Shown one piece after another: positions 10,901 through 25,287 of a DNA stretch of 64,000 nucleotides (its first letter is position 1; each line of letters starts with the position of its first letter). The position numbers and the translations under genes are program-made. The notes beneath the pieces are model-generated. The model was not told the DNA's origin. It searched no databases and saw nothing but the letters and a program-made list of their open reading frames with translations. Origin of the DNA: Octopus sinensis (taxonomy: Eukaryota); the NCBI RefSeq assembly GCF_006345805.1, contig NC_043008.1, positions 72,354,001 through 72,418,000 on the forward strand, in the 5' to 3' direction.

Positions 10901-11407
10901 ATAGCTATACAATGATAAATAACTAACTAAATAAATGAATGGTAAATACATGCGAAATTGAAAAGAAATCTCTCCCTCCTCCCTCTATCTATCTTTCTAT
11001 CACTTATCTGTCTACCTATCTTCCTGTTTCCATTGTCCTAGAACCTCACCTCCCAAAACAAATAAACAAAAACATTGTTCTCCTTTTCTAAACAAAACAA
11101 AAAATATCTGATTTATATACAATTTTATTTGACAAGTTCGAAAACGAATGAAAGCGCTAATAATAATGAATAAAAACTTTTTCCAAAATTCTGGCGTCCT
11201 CCTTTTCTCTCAATATATATATATATGTGGGGGGTGCATATATATATATATCAATATATATATATGTGGGGGGGTGCATATATATATATGTATATATTCG
11301 TGTTTGTGTGTTCGTATACGTGTGTGTATGTACACATGCATATATACACGCATCATACATATATATATATATTCTTGTAATCATACGGACACAATACACA
11401 CACACAT

Positions 11408-11447
<40 letters not shown>

Positions 11448-11826
11448 TTATAAAGGCACACACACTTATACACACACACACAAAAGAAATAGTCACTGAT
11501 TTTGCTGTATATCAGTGAAGAATGGCCGCTGTCGGCCTTTAAATAAAGCGACGATATTTACATTTATATATCATCCGTTTGTTTATACACTTACGCACAC
11601 TCTTGCAACCACACACTCCCAAGCAAACACATACACACGCGCCATTACATTTTTTTTGTCTAACTATCCTTCTTCGTCACACAAATTCACATTGATTGAT
11701 ATACGCATGAATGTATACATAGGCATTATAGTTGATATACATTCGTAAGTTTATACATATATACACACGCAGCCGCACGTATATTTATAAGCACATGCAT
11801 CACATAAAATGCCACACACACACACA

Positions 11827-11871
<45 letters not shown>

Positions 11872-12681
11872 GAGTATGTGTGTGTGTACCCATGTACATA
11901 CATTCACGGACACACAACACACATACATATATATGCATATACATATTCATATATACATTCAAGTAATTTGTACGCATACACTCACGCGCATATAGACACA
12001 CATAAACACGCAGGCCGCGATGTGAGCGAACGTGTATAAATTTAGTTACATTTATATTTATACATATTCGTGTGTGTATGTATGCATACAATGCGTTCAT
12101 ATAATTACCTGCTTGTGTGTATTATGATGTATAATGATGTATAAATGCTTTTGTGTGTTCTCTTTATTGCTTCATAATTCAATCATTTTCTTTTATTTTT
12201 AACTTTATTGCACACAGTTCCATTTATTGTAAGAGATGTTCATCGTTTCATTATTAGAATCTTTCATTGTCACAAGGACTGTTAAAATGTTTCTTGACAA
12301 AGGCCACGCCCATATACAGAAAATTTGATTTTTATACTCTCTTTTACAATGCTACTTCTCTGCTTCTAACTGCCCGCACCGAACTGATTTTCAACTCCCT
12401 CGACCTCTTCCATTCTCCCGTAGCTGCTTCTCATCTGTTTCATATTCATGACACCAACTATGATACTCAACTCTTAATTTTTTTCCTTTCTTTCTGGAAC
12501 CCTCAACAATGACATCCTCTCTACGCTGTCATCGTCCCCATTGGTGGCCCTCCAAATCTTACTCAACTGTCACCCCATTCTCGGTTGTTAACAGGTGGAG
12601 AACACACTCGCTCACTTTTACACACAGACGCACACACACCCATACACACATGCACACACACGCACATATATATTTATATGT

Positions 12682-12833
12682 CGGGTTTCTTTCAGTTTCC
12701 ATCAGCCAAATCCATTGACAAGGTTTTTTTCGACTCGAGGTTATAGTAGAAAACTCTTGCTCAATGTGCTACACAGTGAGACTGCACCCGGAACAATGTC
12801 GTTGGAAAGCAAACTTCATGCCACACGGGCAGC
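12682..12833 (-). mobile_element. SINE family A, head half
   Basis: TTCTTTCAGTTTCCATCAGCCAAATCC...CCCGGAACAATG matches family A. Confidence 0.75.
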
Positions 12834-13748
12834 CTATGACTACACACACACACCAGTCTTAAATTGGGTTAGAGCCGTAATGACTAGCCTAATTTGCATA
12901 GTTGTACTTTTCGCAGCTTATCACTAATTTTATGCACAACACAAATCGAATCAAGAGAACTGAAATGAATTTCAATATCACAAACTTTTCTTATTAAGTA
13001 AAATGCCAATGTAAATATTCTTTCTATGTTATTCAATGTGCATGTAGAGGAGGAAGAGGAAGAGTCACTTGGTTCAAGAATTCTTATAATTTGGCTTAAT
13101 CTGCAGGGTAGCCTTTGATCATAAAAACATTAAATCTGTAAAATATTACCATAAAATTGATTTGCGACTATATCATGTTTATGTTGCCAAATTTCTTTCA
13201 CTGTCGAGTTTTTCTTTGCTCTCACTGTTTATGCACACAGACACACACACATGCACACACACACACACACGCATACACACAAGGGAGAAGTGATATTTTG
13301 CTGTATGAATATGGTACAGTCTCAATTTCATAATTTCCTCCAATCAACATCAACGAGTAATCTGCGACCCCAGTGTATGGGTTAAATGCTTTCAATGGCA
13401 CGACTCAATCTGGCAAAGGAAGCGTCAGAGATAAAACATCTCCCGGCAACAAGTGGGAAAAAAACAATAGTGATTGCTATTTCCAAAGGTTTTCTCCATT
13501 TCCCATTTTACAAGTAACAAACATTAAGTGGTCAAGTAATAATATTCTTGCGTTATTTTACGTTAACCAACCTTTATTTGCTGTTCTATTCAAAACTGAT
13601 TATATGTCATTTATATGGTATAATCTATGGTTCAGATTCTCCAATTATTCAAAGATCGAACTGAGAATCTTGTAGTATTAATTTCGGAAGCTATATATCA
13701 CTATTGTCATTTTTAACATGCTAATATTTATTTCATCTGCAAAAACAA

Positions 13749-13948
13749 TGAGCTGGGAGAATTGTTAGCACGCCCGGGCAAACGCTAAGCCGTATTTCGT
13801 CTGTCTTTACGCTCTGAGATTAAATGCCGCCGAGGTAGACTTTACCTTTCATCCTATCGCGGTCGATAAAATAAGTACCAGTTGAAAACTGGGCTACATA
13901 TATCGACTTACCTCCGAAGCTGCTAGCCTTGTTTCAAAAAGTGAAACT
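13749..13948 (+). mobile_element. SINE family B
   Basis: GAGCTGG...GTTAGCACGCCCGGGC...CCGAGGTAGACTTTACCTTTCATCC...TAAGTACCAGTT. Confidence 0.8.
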
Positions 13949-16739
13949 GATATTTATTTCAGATGTCCCATTCATTTCCCCACTTACTATTGCATCAATA
14001 TTCCAATGCATCTTTCGTTATTCTTCTTTTTGTTATCGTGTATAGAAGCGACCTTCATCGTTGCGTGATGCCATTAGCAACTTCTGGCCACAAGACGGTC
14101 ATAGACAAAATAGACTGAACAAAAGCTAATTAGATTGGAACCTGGTTTATAACAATATCATTCAATCGGTTGCGTTTCCTTCACCTACACGTTCACTTTC
14201 TGACATTCTTCAACCATTTCAAGAAAATTATTTACCAAAAGATTACTTTCATAAGCTTTATACACCTTATATTTCTACTGTTCTCGTCTTCGTGATCACA
14301 GACGCAAGATTATTTTAAAGCAAAACACCTCAATGGCCCTACAGAAGAACCATTTATTGACAAGGCTACAGGAGATTTTATTCGAAAGTCAGAAACTTTC
14401 AATGATGACAAGAAGGTGTTCAACCGCCTTTCCTACAGTAAAAAGGTTTATTATATTCGAGAAAACAAGTAGAAGGCCAGAGACGCAACATAACGTTGGT
14501 TATAATGATCTGTCATAATCTCCGACCATGTAAAAGAAAACAACTTTGAGTTTGTAATGAGTTTCAATGAGTCAAAACTTCTAACTGGGAAATCTTAATC
14601 TTCTTAAACTAACAAATACAAGAGCTATCACATCACACACATATTGATGTAGACATAAGTGAGGATAGTCGAGGTAGATCTTTTATCAAAGTGGCAGACC
14701 AGTGACTCTTCATTTTCGTAAGCACACTCTGGATAAGCACAAATCAATCGGTGCGAATAAAGCCACTGCAATAATGTATTGGAAGGGGGAGACCACTGGT
14801 CCATTAAGTGTCTACCTCGAGTATTCTCACAGAATGACGGCTAGTTGCTTAGACTACTTACACTCAGACACGATCCAAAATCGAAAGTGGCAAGCATTGT
14901 TGATGAAGAATGTAATTAGCTGGTTACAAATTCATTATCTCATACGAAGTTCAGAAAACAAATTCAGAGAATAACTGTGCAGAAACACTGGCATGATATT
15001 TTTTACCTGGAAGATATTCTCAATTGAGAAAGAAGGCAATCTATGATCACCTTAACATACAAGATGCAACAGAATGATTCCCTATTGAGGTATCCTAATG
15101 TGCCGTTTTCAATCATAGAAATTCCCGAAATAACGAAGGCTGCTAACTCTACAAAGATCTCAAAGCAAAACTAAACAGGCCAATACGGTTTGGACAGTAC
15201 CTACAACTAGCTCATGTGAGAGATTAGTCATAGACAGTATTAGAGCATTGTCCTCTTTATCTGAAAGTCATTTCTTAGAACCCGCGAGCAACTAATGACA
15301 GTATACTTTCAGATTCCCATCTTGAGACATGGCAGCCAATACTGTGAGGAGTCATTTATTCGCTCTATTTTCTATGATTGATTCAGCAAGTTGCACACAG
15401 CTAGAAGACAAAATAAACCAATATCTCCCAAATAATGACGTTATAAAAACTCGCACCAAACATCATCAATTTGAAGGAAAGGGTTGATGTGAGCGATATG
15501 CTTCATTATAAAAGTCGATCAGGCTGTGCTTTCAAAAGCTAGCTCAAGAGAAATTTCAGTGTGAGTCCGCACTACAAGTCACTCTATCATTTAACCGGCT
15601 CCTACTGTAAATGGTTATAATGGCATTCCTCACAACCGCTTCATCAGTTTGGTTCCTAATTATCCAAGTTACTCTAATTTCATGAATTACGTTAATTATC
15701 GACTAAGAAGAAATTAGCGATCTTACAATCTTACACACCAAACATCTTATGACATGAAATCGGAGATTATCAGGCAAAAAAATTAATTAGAAAACATTGC
15801 TCAACTTTCTCGCCATATTTTGTACAATTGTAGTTCAGAAACAGTCAAACAAATGCTGTCTCAGCGAATTACATTGCTTCTTACACACCAACATCTGAAC
15901 GAGCGAATCATCCTCCAACCCCATCCGCTACATACTGAAACACACAACAAAAAAGTTACAAGGAAGTACAGTGAATGCCCAAAATATTCAGAACCAATTG
16001 ACTTAGGGCAATGTTCCTAAGGATTAACAAAAATTCTTTCCAACTTGGAACTCAAACCGTAAACAAAAGGAAACATGTGACCAGTGTTATGAATAATTAA
16101 TGACATTTTTACCATCTTAAATAACGTCATTAATCAATAAATTCCACATAATTATCTATTAACTTTCTTCTATCTTATTTGAACCATTCCACCCGTTTAG
16201 AATCGAAGACTGTTAAATATGTAAACCTTCGCAGTGATCGTTCTTGTTACTAATGTTTAATTCATAAATTCTGTATATTTTCGCCTCTGCAGAGGTTGCT
16301 GCTGTTGCCTCTTTGTCTAGATGCATTTTTCTTTCTTATCTATTCTTCGTGGGCAGACCTTACATACAAGATGGCAGTCGTCAAAATCTATCGAATAAAA
16401 GCATTTAACATGTGGAACTATTAATCTAACATGCTACCATCAAAATATATTTTACACACACACACACACATATATATATGTGTGGGGGGGGGGGTGCATT
16501 ATACTGTATGTTCGAAATGGAGTTATGAGTATTACGGGGGAAACCAATATCAAGAACCCTACAGAAAGCCATACCATTCCTCATACTCAAGTACATTAAA
16601 GAAGCTTAATCCTACCATCAGTTATATGTACAACACCATCATGCTATGTTTTTTTAGATACAACAACAGGCACATTGTTTCAAAAGTATGTACCAACTAA
16701 CTAGAAGTATAGAAATACTTCCCCATTTATGGACGCTAC

Positions 16740-18080
16740 AAAAGTACAACCATTTCATCTTATGGCTGCAACAAAACCACTACATTCTTCTATACACATA
16801 ACAATATCACCACAACTACCATTTATACTTAAAACAGTATCACCATTTCCTGTCGACATAACAGCACAACCACTAACTTCCGTAGATTTTGTATCCTCGC
16901 CAACTTCTATACGTATAACAATATCACTTGTATGTTCTGTAGACACAAAAATATCACCATAATCAACATTTATGCATTAAAATATTATCTATTATTTTCT
17001 ATGTATATAATATCACCATCTCCGAATTCTCTACACTTAGCAATATTACCACCATGTCCCATAAATATAAAGAATATCACGACAGTCTACTATGGATAAC
17101 ACGGTTAATGTTTTCCTCGGTGGTAGCAGTTGCAGGTCGTCCATGTCTTGCGTCATCTTCAAGAATCACCCACTCTCCCATCCGCTCCTAAATTCAGCTG
17201 CCTACTTTTGAACTGTTGATTAACCTGGAGCGTCATCCCCTAATGTAGCAATCACGTCAGCATGAATATCCTTGGGACTAAACCCTTTTTCTGCAGGTAC
17301 TTCATAACACCCCCTTGCCAAGAGAAGTTGATTTTAGTTACGTTTGCAGTTTTCTTTGAACAGTCAGATAACATTTTACCTGGAAAGAAACAAAGAAGGG
17401 TTGAAATTAATCAATGCAAGATTTCACGGTTCTAGCATCGCTCCTTCATAGTCAGGCGATGAACTTTTCAGTCCAGCCTCGTAAAAATATCGCTGTCTTC
17501 TATAGACATAGTTATATCATTACAATGTTTGTACCATGGGCAAAGTTTTCTCCACAAATAACATGCATTCATACAGAAATCTTATCACTATCATTTATAG
17601 GTATAACAATATCATAACCAATATCTATAAACATAGTAATATCACCACAACCGTCATCTATACATATAACCAGGTCACCACCATCTTTTATCGATATGAC
17701 GATATCACTACAAATTTCAATACACATAAGAGTATCACTACAACTACCACATATACACATAAACATACCGCCATTACCTTCTAAATACATAACAACATTG
17801 CCATTGTCTTCCATAACGTTAACACCACATGCACTATTTTCTTTATGCCTTGTTATATCAATAGAAAACGGTGGAGATGACATCGCCACCATATAGATAT
17901 AACACTATAACCACAATCATCGTCTGCAAGTATATCACACATCACCTTCGATTCACCTCACAGTACCACCGCCACCATATTCTTCCATAAGCAGTGAAAT
18001 ATTTCTATGACATTCATTTAAAGCGATTATCGCCAGTATATCCACATCTCTAACAGCCTCTCCTCTATATACACGATAGA
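16740..18080. repeat. Degenerate ~30-bp tandem repeat (AATATCACC motif), interrupted by mariner
   Basis: (A/G)ATATCAC(C/T) recurs at ~30-bp spacing; minus-strand ORFs show a ~10-aa GDIVxxI period. Confidence 0.6.
17090..17481 (-). mobile_element. Mariner 5' end with transposase N-terminal HTH relic
   Basis: TIR TA-CGAGGCTGGACTGAAAAGTTCAT; translation GVMKYLQKKGLVPKDIHADVIATLGDDAP...EDDARHGRPATATTEENI with stops. Confidence 0.85.
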
Positions 18081-18639
18081 GATGGGCAAAAAACAGATCA
18101 GATCTACCACACGATGACACAAATGACAGCCTGATAACCCGTTTAAACGATAGATGAGAACTACTGGACCCTGCAGCACCAAAATATGGGTTTAAAGCAC
18201 GTGCAAGACAGTAATGGCTTTGAATACCATATCGTCTTGGAAATTATTAGTTGCATCTTCTGTCTTTGACATTAATGGCACAATAATGAAAGTGCTGAAA
18301 GTTTTCTACAGAAAACCAATGCTGTCAGATTGTTCCTACTTGGGAAAAGAAAATATAGATGTTTATAAGAATGCTTCCCTTCGTTCTTTGTTTCGTTATC
18401 ATCATCATCATCATCATCATCATCCTCATCACCACCACCACAACCACCACTAGCATCATCATCATCATCATCATCGTCGTCTTATTATTATGTTTTCTGA
18501 TTTTTATCTTTATTGCATGCCATATCTAGTTTCAGTTACAATATCGGAGAGAACGGGAACAAAACTAAAATAAAAACAGAAAAAAGAAGAAAAGAAAATA
18601 GACAACCAACAATAACGAAATATCACTTAAAATACGAAT

Positions 18640-18834
18640 GCTTATGCACGCACATATATAAAAACATGTATGTGTGTAAGCGCGTGTGCACGTGTGCGTG
18701 TGCGTGTGTGTGTCTGTGTGTATATGCATATATTTATATATATGTACATATATATATATATATGCATGTGTGAGTATGTATATACAGATATATATAGATA
18801 TACAAACACACAAATATCTATCTATCTATCTATC

Positions 18835-18866
<32 letters not shown>

Positions 18867-19006
18867 TGTATATGTATATATATATATACATATATCAAAA
18901 CCCATCACACACATATATATACACATATACATACACATACATACCTACACATAAACATATATGCATACATACGTAGATATAGCAATACACAAGAACATAG
19001 ATTTAT

Positions 19007-19039
<33 letters not shown>

Positions 19040-19270
19040 CATACATAAAACGAGCGTGCATATGCACGCATACATGTATGTATACGTGTGTACATGTACT
19101 CATGCATACACACATATATGCACACGCATACACACTCATACACACAGATACACATATACGCATACACACATATATGCACGCGCATACACACTCTTACACA
19201 AAGATACACACATACACATACACACATATACACTCAGTCATATACATATGTGTGACTGTGTTTGTATGTA
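18640..19270. repeat. Compound (TA)/(CA)/(TATG) microsatellite block
   Basis: Direct inspection. Confidence 0.9.
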
Positions 19271-19719
19271 TGTATATGTTTGTTTTTACTTTATTGTTAC
19301 ACCGTAATATTGAATTACGTGGTTTTTAAATCCAAATATAAAATTTCTCTAAAGGATTCTTTAATTATCAGTTGCAATGAATCTATTATATATTCTTGTA
19401 TTTAGATTGATTTCCTTTGACAAGGCATGCCCAAGGCCCCAGATGTGATGTGTAATTTATGAATATAAGCGGTCCCTAAATATCACCGGTCGTTTGTTAA
19501 GGAACAAATCTTGATTGACACACTATGGAACGACGTGGTTGAGAGTTCCATTTCCTTCATGACTGGGTTCTTGTCGTCACATGTAGCATAGCCACGTGAA
19601 CTGTTTTCTTTACAAAGAATTTGGTGTATTTAGACAGTGCAACTATTTTATACTTAGGAACACCAGATGCACGCAGTATATTTGAACTAATGATCTGCGC
19701 AATATGAATATTTGAAATT

Positions 19720-19915
19720 GATTTCAAATTTTGGCACAAGGCTCGCAAGTCCGTGGGTGGGGGATAAGTCGATCACATCGATCTCCAGTTTTATCGACCC
19801 CGAAATGATGAAAGGCAAAGTCGACCTCTGCAGAATTTGAACTCAGAACATAAAGACGGATGAAATGACGCTAAGCGTTTTGTCCGGTGTGCTAACGAGC
19901 CTACTAGTTCTCCGC
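19720..19915 (-). mobile_element. SINE family B
   Basis: ATCGACCCCGAAATGATGAAAGGCAAAGTCGACCTC...GAACTCAGAAC. Confidence 0.85.
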
Positions 19916-21554
19916 TTTTTTATGCATGTATTCTTACATACCCTTCCAATATCACTGGTGAAGACTGTGCCACTCCCCACACTAAATTGACTATAATAAA
20001 GTGCCAGTTAAATACTAAGCTTTTAAAGTATTTAACTTCCACACCATTCTTGCGCGGCAGAAAAGGCTGTGGTGATATTTTTTCACGTTTTTGTCTTTTT
20101 TACATACCAGACAGTCTTTTGTTGTTACTTTGTTTATATTTCAAAGTGGCCAGGGATGTCAGTAGAAAGTGTTATGCGTCAGAATGGTGGTAACCACAGC
20201 AAAACATATTAAGTATCACCTCACAAGCTTTTCCAAGCATGAAAACAAGTTTCAAAGAGGTAAACATATCAATGAAGCAGATTCACCTGCAAGTGTAAAC
20301 ATTTTGAATCTAACCTTAATAAAAAACAATTAATTAAATTAAAAACGCTAACTAAACAGAAAAGTACTGAACACATTAAAGCTAGTTCCAAAAAAACAGA
20401 AATTCATGGTTTGTAAAATCTGTGAGTGGTAGTAAGTCTCATAACTAACTCCAGGGAAACCGTAAAAGTACGACTGAATTAGATTGAGAAAGGCAATGAT
20501 TCACAGTCCGAGGAATATGTTTAAGGAAGTGACATGATGAGATTGGCATGAGAATAACAATAACTATTCATAAATGTTCTTGAAATAGGAGTTTGGAAAA
20601 CCTTGCCCGATGTGAAACAAGAGTTGTGCTCCGTCGACTGATGCAGGACAGAGGATGAAGTGAGGAGATAGGTAGAGTAGATGTGATACATACCGTCCCT
20701 AAAGGAATATGAGGTTGACAGTCGGAGATGTTGATACTGTTGTTAACATTGCAACATAGGACAGACAAGAGGTAAGTGTGGAGATGACCTGCAATAACAT
20801 GCAGCATGGTAGGATCTGGATAGATAACCCCAAAATCATAGAGACATCGCAGAGTTAAACCCTATCGAAGGAAACGAGATCAATCTGACAGGTGACGCTA
20901 CTTAATTATCACACGTTTCGGATGCATGACCGAAGATAACCAGAGGAGAACTGATGTAGATTAAATCGCCCTATTCTCTCTCCCAACACAAGCAAATGGT
21001 CAAATGAAGAAGGGTTCCGGAAAGCTAAGAAGCCGCTTATTCCAGCTAAGAACCAGCCAGTGGTTATAATCAGCAGTTCTGCAATGTGTTACAGCGATTG
21101 GGAGAAGAGTGGAGCTTGTTGAAGACGACCTCAAGTAAAGAAAGAACTGTTATAAAAAGGAAACGATAGCCACAAATTAAAGTTGAATAAAACAATGGAA
21201 CTCCCTCTCAAAGAATATACTACTTACCTCGAGTGACTGCACTTCACAGTAATTGAAAGGGATATACATAGCATATACGAGGACAAAACAAACACTGTGC
21301 TGATTGAGGCGTTTATAGAGACTACATTAATTTATACTCTAAGTATATGCCATTGTTTTGTGGAGCTTTTTTATGAGAAGTTTATTCCATATGTGTACAT
21401 CTTGAAAATTTCGCCCAACTACCTTAAAAAGCAAATAACACATCGGAGAATAATATGGTCCTAAATAAAGGATATCTGAAAAGTAAAGACAATATGGTCG
21501 CAGTTTAAATAACATTGGTGATAGGTCTGCGGGATTATGCCAGACTAAACAATG

Positions 21555-22580
21555 CTAACAACACATGTTACTCGTAAATAAATAAAAAGAATTATGTGTA
21601 AAACAAAAGGGGGGAAGAAGGTGGTGGTGGTGGTGGTGGTGGTGAATGTGGTGAATGTGGTGGAGCGTAGTGATAGAGGTGGTGGTTTTACAGGTGGAGG
21701 TAGTGGTGTTAGTGATGCTTTTGCTGTTGGTAGAGGTGGTCATGTTGGTTGATAGTTGTTGCTGGTTGCGGTGGTAGTAGTGGTGATGGTGACGGTATTG
21801 GTTGCGGTAATGGTTGTGGTTAGTGTTGATGTTGGTGCTGATGGTTGCGTTGCTGCTTGTAGTGATCTCGGGGGTGACGGTGGTGGTAGTGATGGTGGTG
21901 GTGGTGGTGGTGGTAGTGATACCGTTGGTGGTGGGGATGATAATGGTTGTTATTGTTGAGGTAGTAGTAGTATTGGTAGATATTGTTGTCACTTGTGGTA
22001 GACGTGGTGGTGGTGGTGGTGGCAGTGGTTTAGGTGGTAGTGATAGTGGTTAGAAATAACTGGAGATACATTTTACATTAGCAAATATACCTGTCATTAT
22101 TTATGACAGAACTATCACTGTGTAGAAATGTCAACTGTGGTAACGGTTATGTAAGGTGGTAGCGGTGGAGTGACGTAGCAGCGGCGATTGTGGTATTCGT
22201 GGGTGGTGGTAGTGGTGGTGGTGGTTTGGTTGGTGGTGGTTCCATTGTTGATGGTAGTGGTTGTGATGATTATATTGATGACGATGATGATGTTGATTAC
22301 GATGACAAGGATGATGATGATGACGACGATGATGATGATGAGGAGGAGGAGGTGGAGGATTGGAGGGTGATAGTGATGGTATTTGTGTTACGTATCCTGA
22401 CGATCGTAATGGTGGTACTGATGGTGATGGTTATAAGGATGAAGATGCTGGTTATGATAATGGTGAGTACTGTTCGAACACCACCACCACCACCATCACC
22501 ACCACCACCACCATCATCATCATCACCATCATCGTCATCGTAATCATCATCAAAATTTCAAACACCACCAACAACAACAC
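21555..22580. repeat. (GGT/GAT/CAC)n low-complexity tract
   Basis: Direct inspection; source of poly-T/H/V/D ORF artefacts. Confidence 0.9.
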
Positions 22581-23253
22581 AAACGAGAGACGTTACGTGA
22601 TTTTTGACCTGCTAGAAATAACACTCAAATCTTTAAATCACATCACAGTTTTAAGTATGTACGAATATATGCTAATATAGAGAGTACATAGAGTCGGGAT
22701 CCCCATAGCTGGACTATCTTTGATTGTAAAATCTGCTCTATTAGGATTCACCTGGGGTTAAACAATAGCATCAGCGGCAGCAGATCATTGCCAGGTCACT
22801 ATCCCACCACCACAACACTACTATCATCACTCCCGCTACCACTACCACTACACCCATACCACCATTCTTAATATACCCAACATCACTAACTCTAAACACC
22901 AAAAATGACTTTCTGAAAACAAGGATGTTTTACGACTTAGAAACATTTCTACGACAGAAAGAATGCAAACGATGAAATAAATAAAGAATTATTTTTCCAA
23001 TAACTTTTCTTCTAAATATTATCTATCATTGACTTGATGATGATGTTATTGTTCTTGTTATTGGCAGTGTCATTAACGACCAGTTTTTGGTCCGTTATTC
23101 CAGGCATTTATGACGTACGTGAAGGGAATGTCTTATTTACGATGTTGATGTTTTACAATAACCATTCCCTACTGCATCCCCTTTCACTCTCACCCTCTCC
23201 TTCACTCTCTCTCTTCCTCTCTCCCTTCCTCCCCTTCCCATCTCTCTCTGTCT

Positions 23254-23315
<62 letters not shown>

Positions 23316-23369
23316 ATCACCTCCTTAGAAATTTGACTCAAACTTTACCTCATTCATGATTATTTACAT

Positions 23370-23697
23370 CAGGGTTTCTCAATCATTTTTAGTTATGGAC
23401 CCCTTTGATTCTTGTTTTACTCGAATGGATTCTCCTAAGCCATTCGATATTTAAAAGATCCTATAACATTTTACAATTAAATATTATCAGGAATTGTATT
23501 AAAACAAATTTTAAAAATATTTTGTGTATTGTACAAGTATAACAAATTTATTGCGCGTAAATTTTAACAACAGTCTTATACGTACCCCCATGATCCATAC
23601 GTACCCCATGATCCATACGTACCCCCATGATCCATACGTACCCCCAAGGGCCATACATACCTCCAAGGGCCAAATAGGCTCCAGATGAGAAACATTG
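23370..23697. mobile_element. hAT-type MITE with perfect 8-bp TSD and internal ~19-bp tandem repeat
   Basis: TIRs CAGGGTTTCTCA / TGAGAAACATTG; TSD ATTTACAT at 23362-23369 and 23698-23705; CATACGTACCCCCATGATC units at ~23577-23670. Confidence 0.9.
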
Positions 23698-24409
23698 ATT
23701 TACATTCATATACTTCCAGGTTGTTTGCAAAAGAAGTATTGCAGAGGGCTAAATCAACCTTATTATATGACTGCTACTTTTTATTCCTGACCCTACTCAC
23801 TTCTACTCATCCCGTACCTTGACTCATCACCATCACTATTTCAGCTCTTTCCCAGCTCCTCTGACTCAATTACCTCCGTCCTCCCTTCTAGAATGTGGAA
23901 TTGTCATAAAATCCCTGACAAAGCAACAAACCTATTTTGTTTTGGCCCCTTCCTTCCTAATTTATTCCATCTCCAAGAATAAAACCACCTCTCTCTGTGT
24001 TCGTAGTCTTGCAGCTATATATCAAAATTGCTAATATACATGGAAGGAAAAATTGCAGGCAAGCAGTATATCTTGTAAAGTGGGTGGTTTTAAGAAGGAC
24101 ATCCAGCCATAGAAACCATGCCAAAGTAAACAGAGGAACTTCATGTAGTTCTTTGGCCTGTCTGAGCCTATCAAACTGTCCTATTTATGCCATGATGATG
24201 ATGATGCTCATAATAATGGCGACAACGTTTACTGCTGCTGGTGTTGTTGTTGTTGTTGGTAGTGGTGGTGGTGGTGGTGGGTGGTAGTGGTGGCAATGGT
24301 TTCTAATTTAGACACAAAAATTGACAATTTCTGAAGGAAAGCCAATAATCAAATAAATCTCAGTATTTAACTGGTACTCTATTTTATCAACTCTATAAGA
24401 AAAACCCCG

Positions 24410-24665
24410 GTTATGACGACGACGACGAAAAAGAAGAAAAAGAAGACGAAGAAGAAGAAGAAGAAGAAGAAGAAGAAGAAGAGAAGAAGAAGAAGAAGAA
24501 GAAGAAGAAGAGGGATAAGAAGCAGAAAAAGAAGAAAAAAAAGAAGAAAAAGAAGAAGAAGAAAAACGAAGAAGTAGAAAAAGAAGAAGAAAAAAGAAGA
24601 AGAAGGAGAAGAAGAAAAAGAAGAAGAAGAAGAAGAAGAAGAAGAAGAAGAAGAAGAAAAAGAAG
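24410..24665. repeat. (GAA)n purine tract
   Basis: Direct inspection. Confidence 0.95.
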
Positions 24666-25115
24666 GATATAGATGAGTAGTAAGTGTTTCTATTAATTCG
24701 TAATTAAGTAGGATTCTATTAGTATTCAATATCTAAACTGGCATAAATAAATCTCCATATCTATTGTCCCCTTGGTGTCATATGTGAAAATTGTTATGGC
24801 GTGGGACGATGAGAATTCATAATGATATTGTAATAGTTGTAACATAACAGGTGCATTTGATCTGAAAGTAGCAAATATTGATCTGGCTTCATTAGACAGA
24901 CTCTTCAAATTATTCTGCAAACCACACTCTCTGTCTACTTTCCAGAACTCAAACACTGTCACACAGGAGTAATATATGTTTGTGTGCACGTGTGTTGTGT
25001 GTGTATATAGGGAGATAAAGGGAGAGATCAATGCATTATAATTATATATTTATATAAATATGTATACAAATACATACACATCCATATGCACTCACATATA
25101 TATATTGATACACTT

Positions 25116-25153
<38 letters not shown>

Positions 25154-25287
25154 GCACATATTAATATATATATACAGACACTTACACACGTATATATACA
25201 CATATAAATACACACACACATATATATATATACTTATATGTAGATACATAAATGTATATTATTATTGTTGTTGTTGTTGTTGTTGTT

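Larger units (their letters stand above)
8480..11288. repeat. Near-identical tandem duplication, unit ~1402 bp
   Basis: 8480-9882 repeats at 9883-11288; visible differences are small indels; junction lies in a (TA)n/(TATG)n tract. Confidence 0.95.

Noticed and set aside
20905-20945. TTCGG/CCGAA hairpin with CGAAACGTG on the minus strand
   Set aside because: Lacks the 5' catalytic core
21555-22680. Poly-Thr/His/Asp/Val ORFs, including an acidic D/E run
   Set aside because: Trinucleotide low-complexity DNA open in several frames and on both strands
23577-23670. CRISPR-like short direct repeats
   Set aside because: No spacers; eukaryotic MITE-internal minisatellite
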